DNA of 64,000 bases. Source: a virus. Taxonomy: Duplodnaviria > Caudoviricetes. Below, one piece after another: positions 61,772 to 64,000 of this stretch (positions are counted from its first letter, which is position 1; each line of letters begins with the position of its first letter). The stretch is taken from positions 7,749 through 71,748 of the IMG/VR virus record IMGVR_UViG_3300032007_000074. One strand, written 5' to 3'. Made by a program: the position numbers and the translations under genes. Under the pieces are notes generated by a model, which had not been told where the DNA came from, ran no database searches, and saw only the letters and a list, made by a program, of their open reading frames with translations.

Positions 61772-62530
61772 ATGACTTACAGCTACATAAGATTCTCCAC
61801 AAACAAGCAGGATGATCTCCAGCAGCAGCAGGCGATAAAGGAGTGGGCCCTTCCTCGCGGCATCGTCATCGACGAATTCGTCAAGGATGAGGGCATCTCC
61901 GGCGGAGTATCTTACCGCGACAGAAACCTGTATAAGCTCGTCCAGAAGATGGGTCCAGGGGACATCCTTATCGTGTCTGAGATATCTCGTTTGGGCAGAT
62001 CCATGAGCGATCTTAACCTCCTCATTACCCAGGAACTCAAGCCGCGAAAAGTCCGCCTCGTCTGCATTAAGCTCAACCTTGACCTCGACTGCGCGAACAT
62101 CAAGGCCATTGACGAGATGTTACTATTCAGTTTCTCCTTCGCAGCGCAGCTCGAAAAGGAGCTCATTCAGTCCAGAACCCAGTCCGCCATCGACGCCCGC
62201 AAGGAGGCAATCAAGAAGGACGGAGGTTTCTTCTCCAAGACGGACCGCTGGTGTACGCACCTGGGCCGCAAGAAAGGTACGAAGGCTCCTGGAGCCGGCA
62301 GGGCATCCGGAATGGCTGCGATGAAGAAGGCCGGCGAGTGGAGAGATGGATCCGCACTGTACACGATGGTATCTGATGAGATTGCACACGGCGTCAGCCA
62401 AAAGGACATCCTTGCAAAGGCGCTCAGGCTTTACGAAAAGCACCCGTCCATCTACTGCACAAGAAACGGAAAACCGCTCTGCTGGGGAACACTTTCCAGG
62501 TGGGCGAAAGAAATTCAGATTGGGATATGA
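61772..62530 (+). CDS. Serine recombinase (resolvase/invertase family)
   Basis: YSYIRFSTNKQ (catalytic Ser), DEGISGG, VSEISRLGRS and IQSRT motifs. Confidence 0.88.
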   Translation: MTYSYIRFSTNKQDDLQQQQAIKEWALPRGIVIDEFVKDEGISGGVSYRDRNLYKLVQKMGPGDILIVSEISRLGRSMSDLNLLITQELKPRKVRLVCIKLNLDLDCANIKAIDEMLLFSFSFAAQLEKELIQSRTQSAIDARKEAIKKDGGFFSKTDRWCTHLGRKKGTKAPGAGRASGMAAMKKAGEWRDGSALYTMVSDEIAHGVSQKDILAKALRLYEKHPSIYCTRNGKPLCWGTLSRWAKEIQIGI

Positions 62531-62691
62531 CCTACACCGTCACCATCACCCGTCCCGGCTACGGGAGGTATTCCGGCGGGAGTTACATCACAAGCCAGAC
62601 CTTCGTAGATGAGAAGAAGGCGAGGGATTACTACACGGATTGCCTTGTTAGGTATCCGAACTACAATGTCGAATTTTTGAAAGGAGATTAA
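62527..62691 (+). CDS. Hypothetical protein
   Basis: Start MTYTVT; 54 aa. Confidence 0.55.
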   Translation: MTYTVTITRPGYGRYSGGSYITSQTFVDEKKARDYYTDCLVRYPNYNVEFLKGD

Positions 62692-63497
62692 TGAGCACTA
62701 AAATCAAAATCCAGATTAAGAATAGATGGACGGGTTCAGTCCTGTTCGAGTACGAAAAAGAGGATAACACCGTCAAGGACACGCTTATTGAGGCGGTCAA
62801 GAATCACGCAGACCTCGGTGGCGCATACCTCGGTGGCGCAAACCTCCGTGGCACAGACCTCGGTGACGCAAACCTCAGTGGCGCAGACCTCCGTGGCGCA
62901 AACCTCCGTGGCGCAAACCTCGGTGGCACAAACCTCCGTGGCGCAAACCTCGGTGGCGCAAACCTCGGTGACGCATACCTCTTTGGCGCATGCCTCTTTG
63001 GCGCATGCCTCTTTGGCGCAAACCTCGGTGACGCAAACCTCAGTGGCGCAAACCTCGGTGACGCAAACCTCGGTGGCGCAAACCTCCGTGGCACAGACCT
63101 CCGTGGCGCAAACCTCGGTGACGCATACCTCCGTGGCGCAAACCTCGGTGACGCAAAAAATATTCCCTTCATTCCTCTCGCCTGTCCTTCGGACGGGGCG
63201 TTCATTGGGTGGAAGAAAGTCAAAGAGAAACTCATTATGCTGGAAATCCCGGAGGACGCCAAAAGATGTTCCGCAATCGGGAGAAAGTGCAGATGCGACA
63301 AGGCAAAGGTCCTCGGCATAACCGACTTGGACGGTAGTAACCCGATCGAGAGCATCGTAAATGAATCCTATACCCCTTGTGTAACCTACACTGTCGGCGA
63401 AATGGTCTATCCTGATTCGTTTGACGAGAACCGCTGGAAAGAATGCTCAAACGGCATCCACTTCTTCATCAATCGGCAAGAAGCTGTCGAGTATTAA
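62691..63497 (+). CDS. Pentapeptide-repeat protein with DUF5758-like C-terminal domain
   Basis: 23 A(N/D/Y/C)L(G/R/S/F)(G/D) repeats; C-terminal GAFIGWKK...LEIPEDAKR...KCRCDKAKV...ECSNGIHFF. Confidence 0.9.
   Translation: MSTKIKIQIKNRWTGSVLFEYEKEDNTVKDTLIEAVKNHADLGGAYLGGANLRGTDLGDANLSGADLRGANLRGANLGGTNLRGANLGGANLGDAYLFGACLFGACLFGANLGDANLSGANLGDANLGGANLRGTDLRGANLGDAYLRGANLGDAKNIPFIPLACPSDGAFIGWKKVKEKLIMLEIPEDAKRCSAIGRKCRCDKAKVLGITDLDGSNPIESIVNESYTPCVTYTVGEMVYPDSFDENRWKECSNGIHFFINRQEAVEY
62808..63152 (+). repeat. 15-bp tandem repeat, 23 copies (coding)
   Basis: Consensus GCAAACCTCGGTGGC. Confidence 0.9.
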
Positions 63498-63516
63498 CTT
63501 TTTGAAGGAGATTAAG

Positions 63517-63651
63517 ATGGTTTGGAGAGACCACAACCTCGGCAAGAGTCCGTTCGACCCGGATTATGACGACACCTACGACCGTATGCAGGACTACGAG
63601 GATTTCTGCACGGCAATGGAAGAAAGAGAAGAATATAGACGAGAAGAATAA
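63517..63651 (+). CDS. 44-aa acidic protein
   Basis: MVWRDHNLGKSPFDPDYDDTYDRMQDYEDFCTAMEEREEYRREE. Confidence 0.5.
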   Translation: MVWRDHNLGKSPFDPDYDDTYDRMQDYEDFCTAMEEREEYRREE

Positions 63652-63656
63652 CCAAT

Positions 63657-63760
63657 GGCGCGTATAAGGCAGTGAATAAGAGTAGCCACGCAAGCAAATT
63701 TGGGATTGCTGGTGAAGCCGGAATCGTAGAGCCAAAGTGAGGATTCCACGCGCCTTTTTT
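63657..63760 (+). ncRNA. Candidate multibranch structured RNA/terminator
   Basis: GGCGCGT/ACGCGCC closing stem plus T6, with three internal hairpins. Confidence 0.4.
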
Positions 63761-63772
63761 AACTTGAAGAAT

Positions 63773-64000
63773 ATGACGACAGAACAGAAAGCAAAAGCAT
63801 ACGATGCGGCTTTGAATTGGATGCGAGAATTGTATCCGGGGCTTCACGGTGCAACTAAAGAGGATGCAGAGCATTATTTCCCCGAACTCCGCGAGAGCGA
63901 GGATGAGAGGATAAGGAAAGGACTGATTGAAGCCCTAAAAACATCAAAAACTGTTGGTGAATTGAAATTCGTTCTTCCTGAACCAACAAGAGAAGAGTGC
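63773..64000 (+). CDS. Bacteroidales phage hypothetical protein (partial)
   Basis: MTTEQKAKAYD...FPELRESEDERIRKGLI; open to the window end. Confidence 0.65.
   Translation, partial: MTTEQKAKAYDAALNWMRELYPGLHGATKEDAEHYFPELRESEDERIRKGLIEALKTSKTVGELKFVLPEPTREEC

Noticed and set aside
1-64000. Alternative genetic code (stop-codon recoding)
   Set aside because: Genes are full length and densely packed under the standard code, and TAG, TGA and TAA all act as terminators.

Overview
The window is most of a tailed (siphovirus-type) phage genome with a Bacteroidota/Bacteroidales host, inferred from repeated TAnnTTTG promoters (some with an upstream TTTG) and Bacteroidales-type phage protein families. 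The layout has four parts. (i) 1-27387, minus strand: head and tail genes (scaffold, decoration, major capsid, neck, tail tube, tail chaperone with a -1 frameshift, tape measure, tail tip, fibres, a 2040-aa adhesin-like protein, and a probable holin cut off at the edge). (ii) 27502-31903, plus strand from a divergent promoter: large terminase interrupted by a class 3 LAGLIDADG intein, then portal. (iii) 31963-50085, minus strand: replication, recombination and DNA-modification genes (SSB-like, VRR-NUC, two methyltransferases, SF2 helicase, YqaJ exonuclease, primase, D5/P4 helicase, dUTPase), with two NUMOD4-HNH genes, a solo TnpB and two clusters of GC-rich structured non-coding elements. (iv) 50100-51090 is a control/origin region, followed by 51093-64000, a plus-strand early region of small genes including RadC-like JAB, ComM/YifB, a serine recombinase and a pentapeptide-repeat protein. 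The most unusual observations are: a covarying 78-nt pseudoknot leader shared by both HNH genes; tRNA-shaped RNAs whose anticodon arm is replaced, with neighbouring structured RNAs; a ComM/YifB homologue lacking both the Walker A lysine and the arginine finger; and poly-G tracts inside both methyltransferases. Family assignments come from recognising motifs by eye; no database search was run.
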